This document shows, piece by piece, positions 10,250 to 20,217 of a stretch of DNA of 64,000 nucleotides. Made by a program: the position numbers and the translations under genes. The stretch is from Spirochaetota bacterium. GTDB taxonomy: Bacteria; Spirochaetota; UBA4802; UBA5550. Each line of letters starts with the position of its first letter. The stretch's first letter is position 1. The stretch spans positions 40,151 to 104,150 of the forward strand of contig JAFGJX010000069.1 of the NCBI GenBank assembly GCA_016928865.1. The letters run 5' to 3'. Under the pieces are notes generated by a model. It ran no database searches. It was given only the letters and a program-made list of their open reading frames with translations, and was not told the DNA's origin.

Positions 10250-11413
10250 TTATGCCACCTGTGCGATGTTAAACTGCCCCACAATATCCTTCAGCTTCTT
10301 GACCAGCTCATTGAGGCTGTCCGCCGTTGAAGCCATTTCCTCGGAAGAGGAGGCGTTTTGCTGGGATATCTGGACCAGGTCGTTCATGCTCGACGCTATC
10401 ATGCGCGCGCCCTGCTCGATCTCGGTGTTGGCGGTCGCCATCTGTTCAACCAGATCCACGACCGTCTGGATTGATTCGGTTATCTTAATGATCGCATCGC
10501 TGCCCCGGTTCGACAGGATCTCGCCCTCGTTTATCGCCGCGAGAATGACCGATATCAGCTTGTTGATCTCCCGGGACGACTGGGATGTCCGTTCAGCCAG
10601 CTTTCGCACCTCATTCGCCACCACCGCGAAACCCAGACCGTGTTCTCCGGCGCGGGCGGCTTCAATGGCCGCGTTCAGCGAGAGCAGGTTTGTCTGCGAC
10701 GCGATACCTTCTATAAATTCTATAATCTCCGTCACCTGCTGGGTGTCCTTGCTGATGTCCCTGATCGACTGGATGGTCCGCTCGATATGCTTCCCTCCGT
10801 CGGTCGCGATCTTTGAGGACTCGCCTGTCACGTTTTTGGTCTGCAGCGAACGCTGCGCGCTTTGCGTGATGTTGGAGAGCATCTCTTCGATTGACGCTGA
10901 TACCTCCTCTATGTTGGACGATTCCTCGGACGAGCTGGAGCTGAGCGACAGCGCCGTGTCCCGTATCTGCTGGGACGCGTCAAAGAGAAAATTGCTCACG
11001 TCCGCCATGCTGCCGATGAGCCTGTTGAGCCGTTCCAGCATGATTTGCAATGATGTGGAAATCTCCCCGAATTCGTCTTTTCGCCGCACGTTAAGGTTCA
11101 TGGTGAGGTCCCCTTCCGATATTTTCTGTATCACCTCCTGCATCTGCTTGACCGGACGGACAATTGTATAGTTGAGGAAAAGAATCATCGGTATGACGAC
11201 GATGATGGTAATAGGCAGGCTGACTGCAAGAACAGGCGCCGTTATGCCCAGTTTCCCCAGTACAAGTCCGAGATATACAATTGCGCTGCCCGCTGCTATA
11301 AATACAACAAAGAGCTTGGTGATGAGCCGCCATCTGAATTTATAATAGCAGTACCCGACAAATATAACAAAACAGACAGCTATAACAAGACCCATTATGA
11401 TGAAGTCATTCAT
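10250..11413 (-). CDS. Methyl-accepting chemotaxis protein
   Basis: Two N-terminal TM segments and a HAMP region. The highly conserved signalling hairpin '[39 protein letters not shown]' is present. I prefer the ATG at 11413; the ORF-track TTG is at 11431. Confidence 0.9.
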   Translation of the reverse strand: MNDFIIMGLVIAVCFVIFVGYCYYKFRWRLITKLFVVFIAAGSAIVYLGLVLGKLGITAPVLAVSLPITIIVVIPMILFLNYTIVRPVKQMQEVIQKISEGDLTMNLNVRRKDEFGEISTSLQIMLERLNRLIGSMADVSNFLFDASQQIRDTALSLSSSSSEESSNIEEVSASIEEMLSNITQSAQRSLQTKNVTGESSKIATDGGKHIERTIQSIRDISKDTQQVTEIIEFIEGIASQTNLLSLNAAIEAARAGEHGLGFAVVANEVRKLAERTSQSSREINKLISVILAAINEGEILSNRGSDAIIKITESIQTVVDLVEQMATANTEIEQGARMIASSMNDLVQISQQNASSSEEMASTADSLNELVKKLKDIVGQFNIAQVA

Positions 11414-11741
11414 ATCATAGCCCCCGTGCAAATCGTTGTTAGTATAATCTGAAGAACGATATTTTAATAATAGTATCGAAAATTATTTTTGTCAATCATG
11501 TAAATGTTTTTCTCTGGGTGTTTCTGCAAATTGTCCAGTTGTATAGCTGGCTGACCCGGGTCCCGGTATACATTATGTGACATAACGCGGCACGGCTCAA
11601 TGTGAATTGGCCGTTTCGGGGATGACGGATCCTCTCCTTTGTGTTTTTTCAACCGTTTTCGCGCAAGGTTGCGTCACGCCGCGGCCATTTCAGGTGAGAT
11701 ATATATTGACACCTGATCGACACCCGCGCTACTGTCGGCCT

Positions 11742-12854
11742 GTGAAAACTATCGACGACATCAAGGCGGTCGTGTATCAAGAAATCGATAGCGACAATCC
11801 AATGGTCCGCAGATTTGCGGCGCTGAGGGGAAAAGAGATCATCGCATGCTCCACGGAAGACGAGATGGAGCGGGCGGTCGATACGCTGAAAGTAAAGGGA
11901 ATCCCTTCGAAGGAGGTCGTTATCCTGAAGCGGTTTATGGGCAGGCTGTCGCAGAAATGTCCCGGGTCGCCGGGAATGATCTGCTGCAATTATCTTCTGC
12001 TCAACACCGGCTTTAACTGCCTGTACAATTGCACCTATTGCTACCTGAACTATTACCTCAATTCGTTCGGCATAACCCAGTTCATCAATATCGAGGTTTC
12101 GTTCCGGGAACTGCCGCGCCTGAGTCCGATCGGCGCGAGCACTGTCAGGGTGGGGACAGGCGAGTATACGGATTCGCTGATGTTCGACGAGGTAACCGGG
12201 ATCGGCTCCTCGTTGATCGGGGCTGCGGCGCGGAATTGCTCGGTTTTCCTGGAGCTGAAAACGAAGTCAGACAATGTGGAACACCTGCTGGACGTCAGGG
12301 AGAAGGGGAATGCGGTTCTCGCATGGAGCCTGAATACGCCGCGCAATATCGCCCTGTACGAACAGGGTTCGGCCGATCTTGACCGGCGTATCGCGGCGGC
12401 GTCAGCGGCATGCAGGGCGGGCTACCTGACAGCGTTTCATTTTGATCCGATCATACTGCACAAGGGATGGGTTGACGAGTATCTCGGCATAGTTGACCTC
12501 CTGTTCCGAGCCGTTGACCCGGAGCGCGTCGCATGGATATCGCTCGGGTGCTTTCGCTACAGCCCCGGTTTCAGGGAAATTATCAGGGACGTGTTTCCTG
12601 ACCAGGCCCTGACAGCGGCCGAGATGTTTCCCGGACCGGACGGGAAGTTCAGATATCTAAAAAAGAACAGGATATCTGTCTATAGCGCGCTTCTTAACCG
12701 CATCAGGTCATACTCCCGTGCGCCCTTTGTATACCTCTGCATGGAGACCGGGGACGTGTGGCGTGACGTGTTTGACGCGGACTATCATGCGTCAGATGAT
12801 CTCGAACGGGCCTTCATCAGTCATCTTGAACGGGAATTTCTCCGCAAAATCTGA
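11742..12854 (+). CDS. Spore-photoproduct-lyase-like (SplB family) radical SAM protein
   Basis: Radical-SAM motif 'CLYNCTYC' (CX3CX2C) and overall similarity to the SplB N-terminus ('IKAVVYQEID..'). The start is uncertain: GTG 11742 is proposed, and the ORF is open from 11607. Confidence 0.72.
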   Translation: MKTIDDIKAVVYQEIDSDNPMVRRFAALRGKEIIACSTEDEMERAVDTLKVKGIPSKEVVILKRFMGRLSQKCPGSPGMICCNYLLLNTGFNCLYNCTYCYLNYYLNSFGITQFINIEVSFRELPRLSPIGASTVRVGTGEYTDSLMFDEVTGIGSSLIGAAARNCSVFLELKTKSDNVEHLLDVREKGNAVLAWSLNTPRNIALYEQGSADLDRRIAAASAACRAGYLTAFHFDPIILHKGWVDEYLGIVDLLFRAVDPERVAWISLGCFRYSPGFREIIRDVFPDQALTAAEMFPGPDGKFRYLKKNRISVYSALLNRIRSYSRAPFVYLCMETGDVWRDVFDADYHASDDLERAFISHLEREFLRKI

Positions 12855-13020
12855 TCGACTGTAAAAAATTATTTATCAAAATTTTTTATTTTGTTGACCA
12901 AATCCTGAGAATATATCACTAATAAAATAGAATCGACATGAAAAGTGCGCATCATGATCGCAAAAAGTGTGAAGGGGCGGATGGCAATATGTCCCGTCCG
13001 CATCTTGGAGTATATTCGTT

Positions 13021-14154
13021 TTGGAAGAGAAAGATTATCGTGAATACCAGCGGGAACTGAAGCATGTCTCCGGCATGATCGAGGAGCTCTACGCGTCAGT
13101 CAATGTCGACGCATTGAAAAAAAAAGCGGCCGAACTGAGGGAACAGACGCAGAAGGAAGAGTTCTGGCAGGACAAGGATCTGTTTGCCAGGACCAGCAGG
13201 GAACTCAGCAATCTGAAGCGGCGTATCGAGCCGTTTGACAGCCTGATGAACACCGTGCGTGAAGCGGAGGAGCTTTTTGAGATGGCCCTCCAGGACCGGG
13301 ACGCTGCCGTCCTGGATGAACTTTCCGACAATATTGTAGATTATAAAAAAAGCTTCGAATCGCTCGAAACCCTGGAACTCCTCTCCGGCGAGGATGATGC
13401 GAACAACGCCTTTGTCATGATCCATCCGGGGGCGGGCGGCACCGAGTCCCAGGACTGGGCGAACATGCTCTTCAGGATGTATTTCCGCTGGAGCGAGCAG
13501 AAGGGCTTCCAGGTTGATGTCGTCGACTACACCCCGGGTGAGGAAGCCGGAATAAAAAGCGCCACCATGCTTGTCAAGGGGGACTATGCGTTCGGCCTGC
13601 TGAAATGCGAGAGGGGGATTCACCGCCTGGTCAGGATATCGCCCTTTGATTCGAACAAGAGGCGGCACACCTCTTTCGCGTCCGTGGAGGTAATCCCGGA
13701 GGTGGACGAGGACATTGATATTGAGATAAAGGATGCAGACCTCAGGATCGACACATACCGGTCCTCGGGTGCCGGCGGACAGCATGTGAACAAGACTGAT
13801 TCGGCCGTTCGCATAACCCACCTTCCGACCGGAATCGTCACCCAGTGCCAGAACGAGCGTTCCCAGCACAAGAACAAGGCTTTCGCCATGAAGGTGCTCA
13901 AGGCGCGCCTGCATGAATTGAAGAAGCGGGAGTTCGAGGAGAAGCAGCAGGAGAAGATCGGACAGAAAAAAGACATTTCGTGGGGACACCAGATCAGGTC
14001 ATACGTCTTCCAGCCGTATACGCTGGTGAAGGACCACAGGACGGGCGAGGAGACGGGCAGCATCGATTACGTGTTTGATGGCGACATCGACAGGTTCATA
14101 TACGCCTTTTTGCGGGGCAAGCGGACAGGCGATCAGGGAACAGCGAAGGTCTGA
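13021..14154 (+). CDS. prfB: Peptide chain release factor 2
   Basis: RF2-specific 'SPF' ('RISPFDS') and 'GGQ' in 'SGAGGQHVNKTDSAVRITHLPTGIVTQCQNERSQHKNK'. The whole protein, including the N-terminal ~30 aa, is in one frame (TTG start). Confidence 0.95.
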   Translation: MEEKDYREYQRELKHVSGMIEELYASVNVDALKKKAAELREQTQKEEFWQDKDLFARTSRELSNLKRRIEPFDSLMNTVREAEELFEMALQDRDAAVLDELSDNIVDYKKSFESLETLELLSGEDDANNAFVMIHPGAGGTESQDWANMLFRMYFRWSEQKGFQVDVVDYTPGEEAGIKSATMLVKGDYAFGLLKCERGIHRLVRISPFDSNKRRHTSFASVEVIPEVDEDIDIEIKDADLRIDTYRSSGAGGQHVNKTDSAVRITHLPTGIVTQCQNERSQHKNKAFAMKVLKARLHELKKREFEEKQQEKIGQKKDISWGHQIRSYVFQPYTLVKDHRTGEETGSIDYVFDGDIDRFIYAFLRGKRTGDQGTAKV

Positions 14155-14176
14155 TGTATCGGGATAAGAGACTGCC

Positions 14177-15034
14177 ATGAAGCTGACACTACAGCAATTA
14201 GCGCATCTGTTTGAGAAGTACGGCGACGGGATCGAGATTAAATATTTCGATGATATTCTCATCAAGGGGAATTGCTATCTCTCTACCGATCTGGTGCTCC
14301 CGGCGCACCTGCCGAAGCTCGAGGAGAACGAAATAACCGAGGTCGAGATCTTCTATACCCCCGGCCTCTACGAGCATCTTAACAAGGAATTTCCCGCCGA
14401 ATTCAGGAAGCCCTACGGCGGCGGCCGGATAAGCGAGATGGACAAGCTTCTTGAGGATCTGCGCGACGCGAGCGCCCAGTCGAAGAGAAAGCGATATGTG
14501 CGGATGGTTGGAGAGGTGTACGGGGTTGACTCAAAGCTCGGAAAGCGGATCATACTCCTTCGCCACAACGAGCCGCTCGACTTCAAGAAATGGAACAATC
14601 TGAAGAGGGAATTCGACCGCAACCAGGTGTTCCGCTACCGGAACTCGGAAGTGGCCATAATCATCTTTGTCGATCTGAAGGTGGCGCGGCAGAAAGAGTA
14701 TATAGAGCGGTTCAAGATCAACACAGACCTCATATCTATGATCGTAACCCGGAGCCAGGAACCGGGGAATATCATCGCGCCCGATTTCATACCCACGGAG
14801 GACGTGGTGTCGGTGACGGAGCCGGGCGTGCTTCTGGAAGAGTACATCAGGTCAAACGCGCGAATGATCATTATCGGCGAGAAGCTGGATGACTTCTACA
14901 AGCGCGCCCTGCTGCAGGTGCGCAATTACGACAAGTTCGTGCGCCTTCTCGTCGTGCCCGCCATAGATTACGGCAGCATACAGGATTTTTTTTACCAGGT
15001 ACGGCTTGTTTACAACAATGACCGCTGGAAATAA
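14177..15034 (+). CDS. Hypothetical protein (no recognisable motif)
   Basis: 285-aa ORF with protein-like composition. It sits 22 nt after prfB on the same strand. Confidence 0.6.
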   Translation: MKLTLQQLAHLFEKYGDGIEIKYFDDILIKGNCYLSTDLVLPAHLPKLEENEITEVEIFYTPGLYEHLNKEFPAEFRKPYGGGRISEMDKLLEDLRDASAQSKRKRYVRMVGEVYGVDSKLGKRIILLRHNEPLDFKKWNNLKREFDRNQVFRYRNSEVAIIIFVDLKVARQKEYIERFKINTDLISMIVTRSQEPGNIIAPDFIPTEDVVSVTEPGVLLEEYIRSNARMIIIGEKLDDFYKRALLQVRNYDKFVRLLVVPAIDYGSIQDFFYQVRLVYNNDRWK

Positions 15035-15070
15035 GGGAAACGGTTTCAGTACTTACGTCTCGAGTATCGC

Positions 15071-16003
15071 ATGGCACGCGACGCCATTAAGGGAGTAATA
15101 TATTTGAAGAATAAGATGTCGAAGTACCTGCAGGCCATGGATTTCAGCACCGCGCTCGATAAGGAAATGGCGGCCATGGATCTCGGCGCTGCACTCTCTG
15201 ACCAGTCATCGAGACGCCAGAAGCTCTTTCTGCGGAATTATACCCCCGGGGCCCTCTACGATATCATGGATCGAGTAGGGCTGATCGCACACCTGGAGTC
15301 GAAGGGCTTCAACAATCTCAAGGTCGAAATCGACGTCGATGATGCGTTCATTCATTATATGAAGCTCTATTACCGGAAGGTCGATCCCGATTTCCTCCTG
15401 ATTGATCTGAGGCTGAGCGAATCACGCTTCATGCCGGAAAGGACCCTGTTCGAGGATGAGGCCTATCAGGCCTATGACATGATCGTCATAGAGTGGCTTT
15501 CCGCGCAGAGCCCGGAGCGGGAATTCAATGATGACAGGCCGCAGCTCCCGGGTCAGAGGAAGCCGGGACTCGGCGTGCTGAATTACTGCTTCGACATGAT
15601 GCATGTTGTCGCGCGTGAAATCATCAAGGACGGCTTTCTCGACATACCTGACCACATGCACGGGGCGCTCATGTATTCAAAAAAATTCAAGTTTTTCAAC
15701 CCGGTGCACGAGGGAATTCTACGCGCGATCATGAGGGATCTGTCGAAATACTCGCTGGCCGATATCTCGTGGGGGATCATCACCCGGACGATAATTGAAG
15801 AATACAAAAACCTTCCCCAGGATTACGCGCCTTCAGAGCAGGTTTTTTACGTTTCAGAGAGAATGCGTTCATATTTCCATTCCAAAAAATATCTCGCCAC
15901 TTATAACAGGTATTACAAGAAAAAGCGGTATCGATTTGATTATGACGAGATGGTCAGGCGGCGGGACGAAATTTTAAAATCAAAAAACATAGCGGAATTG
16001 TGA
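15071..16003 (+). CDS. Hypothetical protein (no recognisable motif)
   Basis: 310-aa ORF, same strand and closely spaced after 14177-15034. The start is ambiguous (ATG 15071 or ATG 15116). Confidence 0.6.
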   Translation: MARDAIKGVIYLKNKMSKYLQAMDFSTALDKEMAAMDLGAALSDQSSRRQKLFLRNYTPGALYDIMDRVGLIAHLESKGFNNLKVEIDVDDAFIHYMKLYYRKVDPDFLLIDLRLSESRFMPERTLFEDEAYQAYDMIVIEWLSAQSPEREFNDDRPQLPGQRKPGLGVLNYCFDMMHVVAREIIKDGFLDIPDHMHGALMYSKKFKFFNPVHEGILRAIMRDLSKYSLADISWGIITRTIIEEYKNLPQDYAPSEQVFYVSERMRSYFHSKKYLATYNRYYKKKRYRFDYDEMVRRRDEILKSKNIAEL

Positions 16004-16009
16004 TCCGGC

Positions 16010-16501
16010 TTACGGGAGCGGGGGCATCTCACCGTTCTCGTCGCGTTTCAGTCTGCCGATGCGGGAAAGCTCGTTGATGCTGTCGCGTACCGACGATGAC
16101 GCGTTCTGGAGCCTCTGTATGAGCGCCGAGCGTTCATCGAGCAAATGCTCGACCGAATCGCGCGTCCTGGCACGCAGGGCGACGAGGTCCCGGGCCCCGG
16201 GGACATCGGCCAGTATTCCGTAGAGTGCGCGGGGGGGCACACCGATCAGCTCCGAAAGGCCCTGCTCCAGCCCGGCAATCTCGCAGTCAACCAGATCCAC
16301 CTCGTCGATGAGACGCTCATCATCCCGGATGATGGCCACCACCCTGTCCACGTTTCCCGATTTTTCATAATAGAGCTTGTCTGATTCGCTCAGAAGAAGC
16401 GTTCGCAGCAGTTCATTTTTTTTCCCGTAGAGGAGTGACAGGGATTCGACGATGGATCGCGCGTCATCCCTCAATGCTGAAGTTGCCTTTCGCCCCGACA
16501 T
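16010..16501 (-). CDS. Hypothetical protein downstream of fliS (possibly a FlgN/FliT-like flagellar chaperone)
   Basis: 163-aa helical-looking ORF immediately 3' of fliS on the same strand; the annotated ORFs overlap by 38 nt. The functional guess comes from context only. Confidence 0.5.
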   Translation of the reverse strand: MSGRKATSALRDDARSIVESLSLLYGKKNELLRTLLLSESDKLYYEKSGNVDRVVAIIRDDERLIDEVDLVDCEIAGLEQGLSELIGVPPRALYGILADVPGARDLVALRARTRDSVEHLLDERSALIQRLQNASSSVRDSINELSRIGRLKRDENGEMPPLP

Positions 16502-16898
16502 TTTTCTTGTCCGACGCGGTTTCGTTCGCCGATATCTTGTCCCAGGCGTCGCGGAGCTCTTTCAGCAGCTTGACGACCCCCTGTATAATGGACGCGTCCT
16601 TTTTCATGTTCGCTTCGAGCAGGGCTTTCTTAAAATAGAGATAGAGATTGAAGAGGTTTTGCGAGATTTCTCCGCCGTCCTTCATGTTCAGGGAGAGCAG
16701 AAGCTCGGTGATAATATCCTGGGCCTTGATGATGTTGTTATTGACGACATCGTAGTTCTTCGGGTCCATATTGTCTATGGCGATATTTAAAAATTTGATC
16801 GCGCCATCATAGAGCATGACGATCAGCTTGCCCTGGTTGGCGGTGGCGATCTGAGTCTTTTTGTATTCGTTAAAAGGATTTTTCTCCGGCAGTGCCAT
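16464..16898 (-). CDS. fliS: Flagellar export chaperone FliS
   Basis: Typical FliS sequence 'YKKTQIATANQGKLIVMLYDGAIKFL...' and 'IIKAQDIITELLLSLN', at the ~140 aa size typical of the family. Confidence 0.88.
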   Translation of the reverse strand: MALPEKNPFNEYKKTQIATANQGKLIVMLYDGAIKFLNIAIDNMDPKNYDVVNNNIIKAQDIITELLLSLNMKDGGEISQNLFNLYLYFKKALLEANMKKDASIIQGVVKLLKELRDAWDKISANETASDKKNVGAKGNFSIEG

Positions 16899-17068
16899 CG
16901 ATTCCCCCAGAAAATAATGTACAGGGCCCGGTGAAAGTCCTCTTCAAAACGAGCGCGGGCGCAGTGTTGTTGAAGCGTATTGTAACCAATGTAATTATCG
17001 TATAAAACGAGCACATTCTGAATTATTAATTCTTCTCATCCGGCAACTTTACAGAATTAATGGATTAA

Positions 17069-17152
17069 TTGCGAAACTGCGTCTCGCGCTCGCCGGGAAG
17101 CCCCGGCGGGGGCTTTTTCAGGGGCTTTACCCCTGAGCCCCCCTTTAAAAAA
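17069..17152. repeat. Dispersed ~80-bp repeat, family 2 (copy 1)
   Basis: 'ttgcgaaactgcgtctcgcgctcgccggg..gccccggcggggg..aggggctttacccct' aligns by eye at roughly 70% with 51036-51117. It contains two short GC hairpins. Confidence 0.6.
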
Positions 17153-17289
17153 TCCAGTATTGCAGCAAATCTAATATATACAAGACAGCATGCCACGGCA
17201 ATCCATTATGTCGTAAATTCTCCCGGGTCCATCCCGGAGTATGGATTTTCATTTCGCTAATGGGGATCGCGGGTAGCGGGAAAATCGGT

Positions 17290-18177
17290 CTACCGGGAGA
17301 AAACCGATTCTACACGATGCAGTATCTCCTCGTATTTTTCTATTGTTTTCATTACGATTTCGTCCGGGAGCGGGGGCGGCGGCGAGTTCTTGTCCCACGT
17401 GGTCGTCTCGAGATAGTCCCGGATATACTGCTTGTCAAAGCTCACCGGCGAGGTGCCGACACGGTATGATTCCTTGTCCCAGAAGCGCGAGCTGTCAGGG
17501 GTAAGAACCTCGTCTATCAGTATTATCTCGTTGTCTGCGAACCCGAATTCGAATTTCGTATCGGCGAGTATTATTCCCTGGCGATCGAGCAGGTCCCGGG
17601 CGTATTCGTAAATGCGGAGCGTGCTCTCGCCCAGGCGGTAGGCCAGCTCCTCGCCCAGACGCGCCCGCATCACTTCCATCGGCACGTTGATGTCGTGACC
17701 GGTGTCCTCCTTGGTCGCAGGCGTAAACAGGGGCGCGTCGAGTTTCTGCGCGAGCTGCAGGTCCGGCGGCAGGGTGATGCCGCACACGGAACCGGTCTCC
17801 TGGTAGTCTTTCCATCCTGTGCCGATTAGATAGCCGCGCGCGATGCATTCGAAGTCTATGCGCTCGGTTTTCCTGACGATCACGGCCCGGTCTTTGAGCA
17901 GTTCCGGAAAATCCCTGAATGGCTTTGGAAAGTTGTCGAAGTTGTCTTCAACAATATGGTTTTTTATAACCTTTATATTTTTGAACCAGAGGTTCGATAT
18001 TTTATTCAGTATGATTCCCTTCCCCGGAATTCCGGTAGGAAACACATGGTCGAAAGCCGAAATACGGTCCGTTGAGACGATCAGGAGATGCTCCTTGTCA
18101 ACGGTATAAAGGTCACGGACTTTTCCGCTGTATCGCTTTTTTACGCCAGGAATCTTGACAGTCAGTAATGGTTCCAT
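17290..18177 (-). CDS. purC: Phosphoribosylaminoimidazole-succinocarboxamide (SAICAR) synthase
   Basis: 'GKVRDLYTVDKEHLLIVSTDRISAFD' and 'IPGKGIILNKISNLWF', characteristic of the long-form PurC. Confidence 0.92.
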   Translation of the reverse strand: MEPLLTVKIPGVKKRYSGKVRDLYTVDKEHLLIVSTDRISAFDHVFPTGIPGKGIILNKISNLWFKNIKVIKNHIVEDNFDNFPKPFRDFPELLKDRAVIVRKTERIDFECIARGYLIGTGWKDYQETGSVCGITLPPDLQLAQKLDAPLFTPATKEDTGHDINVPMEVMRARLGEELAYRLGESTLRIYEYARDLLDRQGIILADTKFEFGFADNEIILIDEVLTPDSSRFWDKESYRVGTSPVSFDKQYIRDYLETTTWDKNSPPPPLPDEIVMKTIEKYEEILHRVESVFSR

Positions 18178-18342
18178 AAAAACTCCAATGTTTGTAAATG
18201 CCCGTCATTATCCTATTTTGTCAAGAAAAATGACAGTTTGATCGGGGTGGAACGGGGATTATTTTTATGAAATGAAGCTCAGGCGGAGTTATATGGTGAA
18301 AATAATAAATTGACAGGATAGGATGGTTCATAATAATACATT

Positions 18343-18888
18343 TTGAATCAGATGAACGTGAAGGTACGAGTCACAAGATACATTGCGGCAATCGCGGGAA
18401 TCTGTCTCCTGCTCGTGGCAGCCGGGTTCTATGCCGGCCGCGTCCTGGGGGACAGGTTCGTTGAGGACATTGTCCTGGGAGAGGGGCGGCTCCCGCTTCT
18501 GCTCTCGAGGCCGGTCAACCGGTTTTATGAGGTATACACGCTGATACACAGCGAGAACCGGCTCAGCCGTCTGGCGGGGTACTATGGTCTTGCCGATAAC
18601 GGCATGATCAACCTTGAGTTTCTGGCGGAACGCTTCAGACTGGAGAAGGACCCGCCTCTTCAGGCGGCAATTGTCTGGGTTGCGGCCCGATCGGACGATA
18701 CCAATGGCGTTCTGCGCTTTTATTCATCGGTTTTTTCCGAAAGCAGCGATTCGGTTAAAAAGCGGATACTCGGGCTCATGAAAAGCCTCAATAACGACTA
18801 CTTCATGAAGTTCATACGCGATAACAGGATAGCCCCCGGTGATATGCCGGAGGACGGCCGTGAAATCAATGTTGAAATAGTATGGTGA
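18343..18888 (+). CDS. Hypothetical membrane-anchored protein
   Basis: 181-aa ORF with an N-terminal hydrophobic segment ('IAAIAGICLLLVAAGFYAG'). It has no catalytic motif, and the start codon is ambiguous. Confidence 0.55.
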   Translation: MNQMNVKVRVTRYIAAIAGICLLLVAAGFYAGRVLGDRFVEDIVLGEGRLPLLLSRPVNRFYEVYTLIHSENRLSRLAGYYGLADNGMINLEFLAERFRLEKDPPLQAAIVWVAARSDDTNGVLRFYSSVFSESSDSVKKRILGLMKSLNNDYFMKFIRDNRIAPGDMPEDGREINVEIVW

Positions 18889-18954
18889 TGGAAACCTGCG
18901 CCGGGTTCCTGTTTCAGGCCGTGATCGGGACCAAAGCGTGATTTTTATTCCGGA

Positions 18955-20214
18955 GTGATGTTTATGGAAGACAGAGAGTACATCGAGAAGCTCTGCAGGG
19001 ATGCGAGGGCCGCTTCACGGACGATAGCGAATTATTCGACCGTGCAGAAGAACAACCTGTTGAAAAAAATGGCCGCGGACCTGAGAAATAAGACGGATTT
19101 TATCGTTTCAGAGAACCATAAGGACCTTGCGGCTGCAAAGAAGGACGGGGTCAGCAGCGCCCTCTATGACCGCCTGCTTCTGAACAGGGAGCGGATAGAG
19201 GGGATGGCGCGTTCCATCGACGAGATCGCCGAGCTCCCCGATCCCATCGGCAGGATAGAGAAGATGACGGTCCGCCCGTCTGGAATACGGGTCGGACAGA
19301 TGCGGGTCCCCATAGGCGTCGTTGCGGTCATATACGAGGCGCGGCCCAATGTCACCACCGATATCGCGGCGCTCTGCATCAAGTCGGGCAATGCCGCGAT
19401 CCTGCGGGGCGGGAAGGAGGCGATCAACTCCAACACGGCGCTTCATGCCGTGGTGCAGGGCGCCCTGGCGGAGCTCGGGTGCCCGGAGAGCGCGGTCACC
19501 TTCATCGGGAGGACCGACCGCGGGCTTGTGCCCATTCTTCTTAAAATGAACCGCTACATCGACATCGTCATCCCGAGGGGAGGGGAGGAGCTTATCCGGG
19601 CGGTCACAGAGGAGTCGACGGTGCCGGTCATCAAGCATGACAAGGGAGTCTGCCACGTTTTTATAGACGAGAGCGCGGATGAAGAGATGGCAAACCGGAT
19701 CGCGGTGAACGCGAAGGTGCAGCGGCCGGGCGTGTGCAACGCGATGGAGGCCATGCTGGTCCACGAGGCATTTCCGCACAAGGAATCCCTCCTGAAGAGC
19801 CTTCTTGACCGGAAGGTGGAAATACGCGGGTGTGAAAAGACGGCCGCGATTCTACCCGGCAGTATCAAGCAGGCCGCGGCCGACGACTGGGGCCGCGAGT
19901 TCCTCGACCTTATTCTCGCGGTGAAGATCGTTGGATCCCTGGATGAGGCGATGGAGCATATCGCCCATTACGGCTCGGGTCACTCGGAGGCGATTGTCTC
20001 GAACGACTACCGGAACGTCGACCGCTTCATGACCGAAGTCGATTCCGCGGCGGTGTTTGCAAACGCGTCGACGCGCTTCCACGACGGCGGCGAGTTCGGA
20101 TTGGGCGCCGAGGTGGGGATCTCCACCCAGAAGCTCCACGCGCGGGGTGCGATGGGGGTCGAGGGGCTGACGACGCTCAAGTATGTCGTTTACGGAAGAG
20201 GAGAGGTCCGATAA
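18955..20214 (+). CDS. proA: Glutamate-5-semialdehyde dehydrogenase (gamma-glutamyl phosphate reductase)
   Basis: 'VIYEARPNVTTDIAALCIKSGNAAILRGGKEA', catalytic Cys context 'VCNAMEAMLVH', and 'GHSEAIVS'. Confidence 0.93.
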   Translation: MMFMEDREYIEKLCRDARAASRTIANYSTVQKNNLLKKMAADLRNKTDFIVSENHKDLAAAKKDGVSSALYDRLLLNRERIEGMARSIDEIAELPDPIGRIEKMTVRPSGIRVGQMRVPIGVVAVIYEARPNVTTDIAALCIKSGNAAILRGGKEAINSNTALHAVVQGALAELGCPESAVTFIGRTDRGLVPILLKMNRYIDIVIPRGGEELIRAVTEESTVPVIKHDKGVCHVFIDESADEEMANRIAVNAKVQRPGVCNAMEAMLVHEAFPHKESLLKSLLDRKVEIRGCEKTAAILPGSIKQAAADDWGREFLDLILAVKIVGSLDEAMEHIAHYGSGHSEAIVSNDYRNVDRFMTEVDSAAVFANASTRFHDGGEFGLGAEVGISTQKLHARGAMGVEGLTTLKYVVYGRGEVR

Positions 20215-20217
20215 AAA

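Noticed and set aside
12981-13140. Programmed +1 frameshift site in prfB, as in E. coli and many other bacteria. There is also an A9 run at 13117-13125 inside the gene.
   Set aside because: The RF2 N-terminus ('EYQRELKHVSGMIEELYASVNVDALKKK', aligning with E. coli '[26 protein letters not shown]') is in the same frame as the rest of the protein. There is no in-frame stop and no 'CTT TGA C' motif. The short upstream ORF starting at 12989 is in a frame that would need a -1/+2 shift, not +1. The A9 run simply encodes Lys-Lys-Lys.
16981-17040. Sigma-28 (FliA) promoter upstream of fliS. The minus strand reads '...ttcagaatgtgctcgttttatacgataatt'.
   Set aside because: 'CGATAA' matches the -10 core, but no TAAA -35 element lies at the required ~15-nt spacing. 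The evidence is not sufficient to call.
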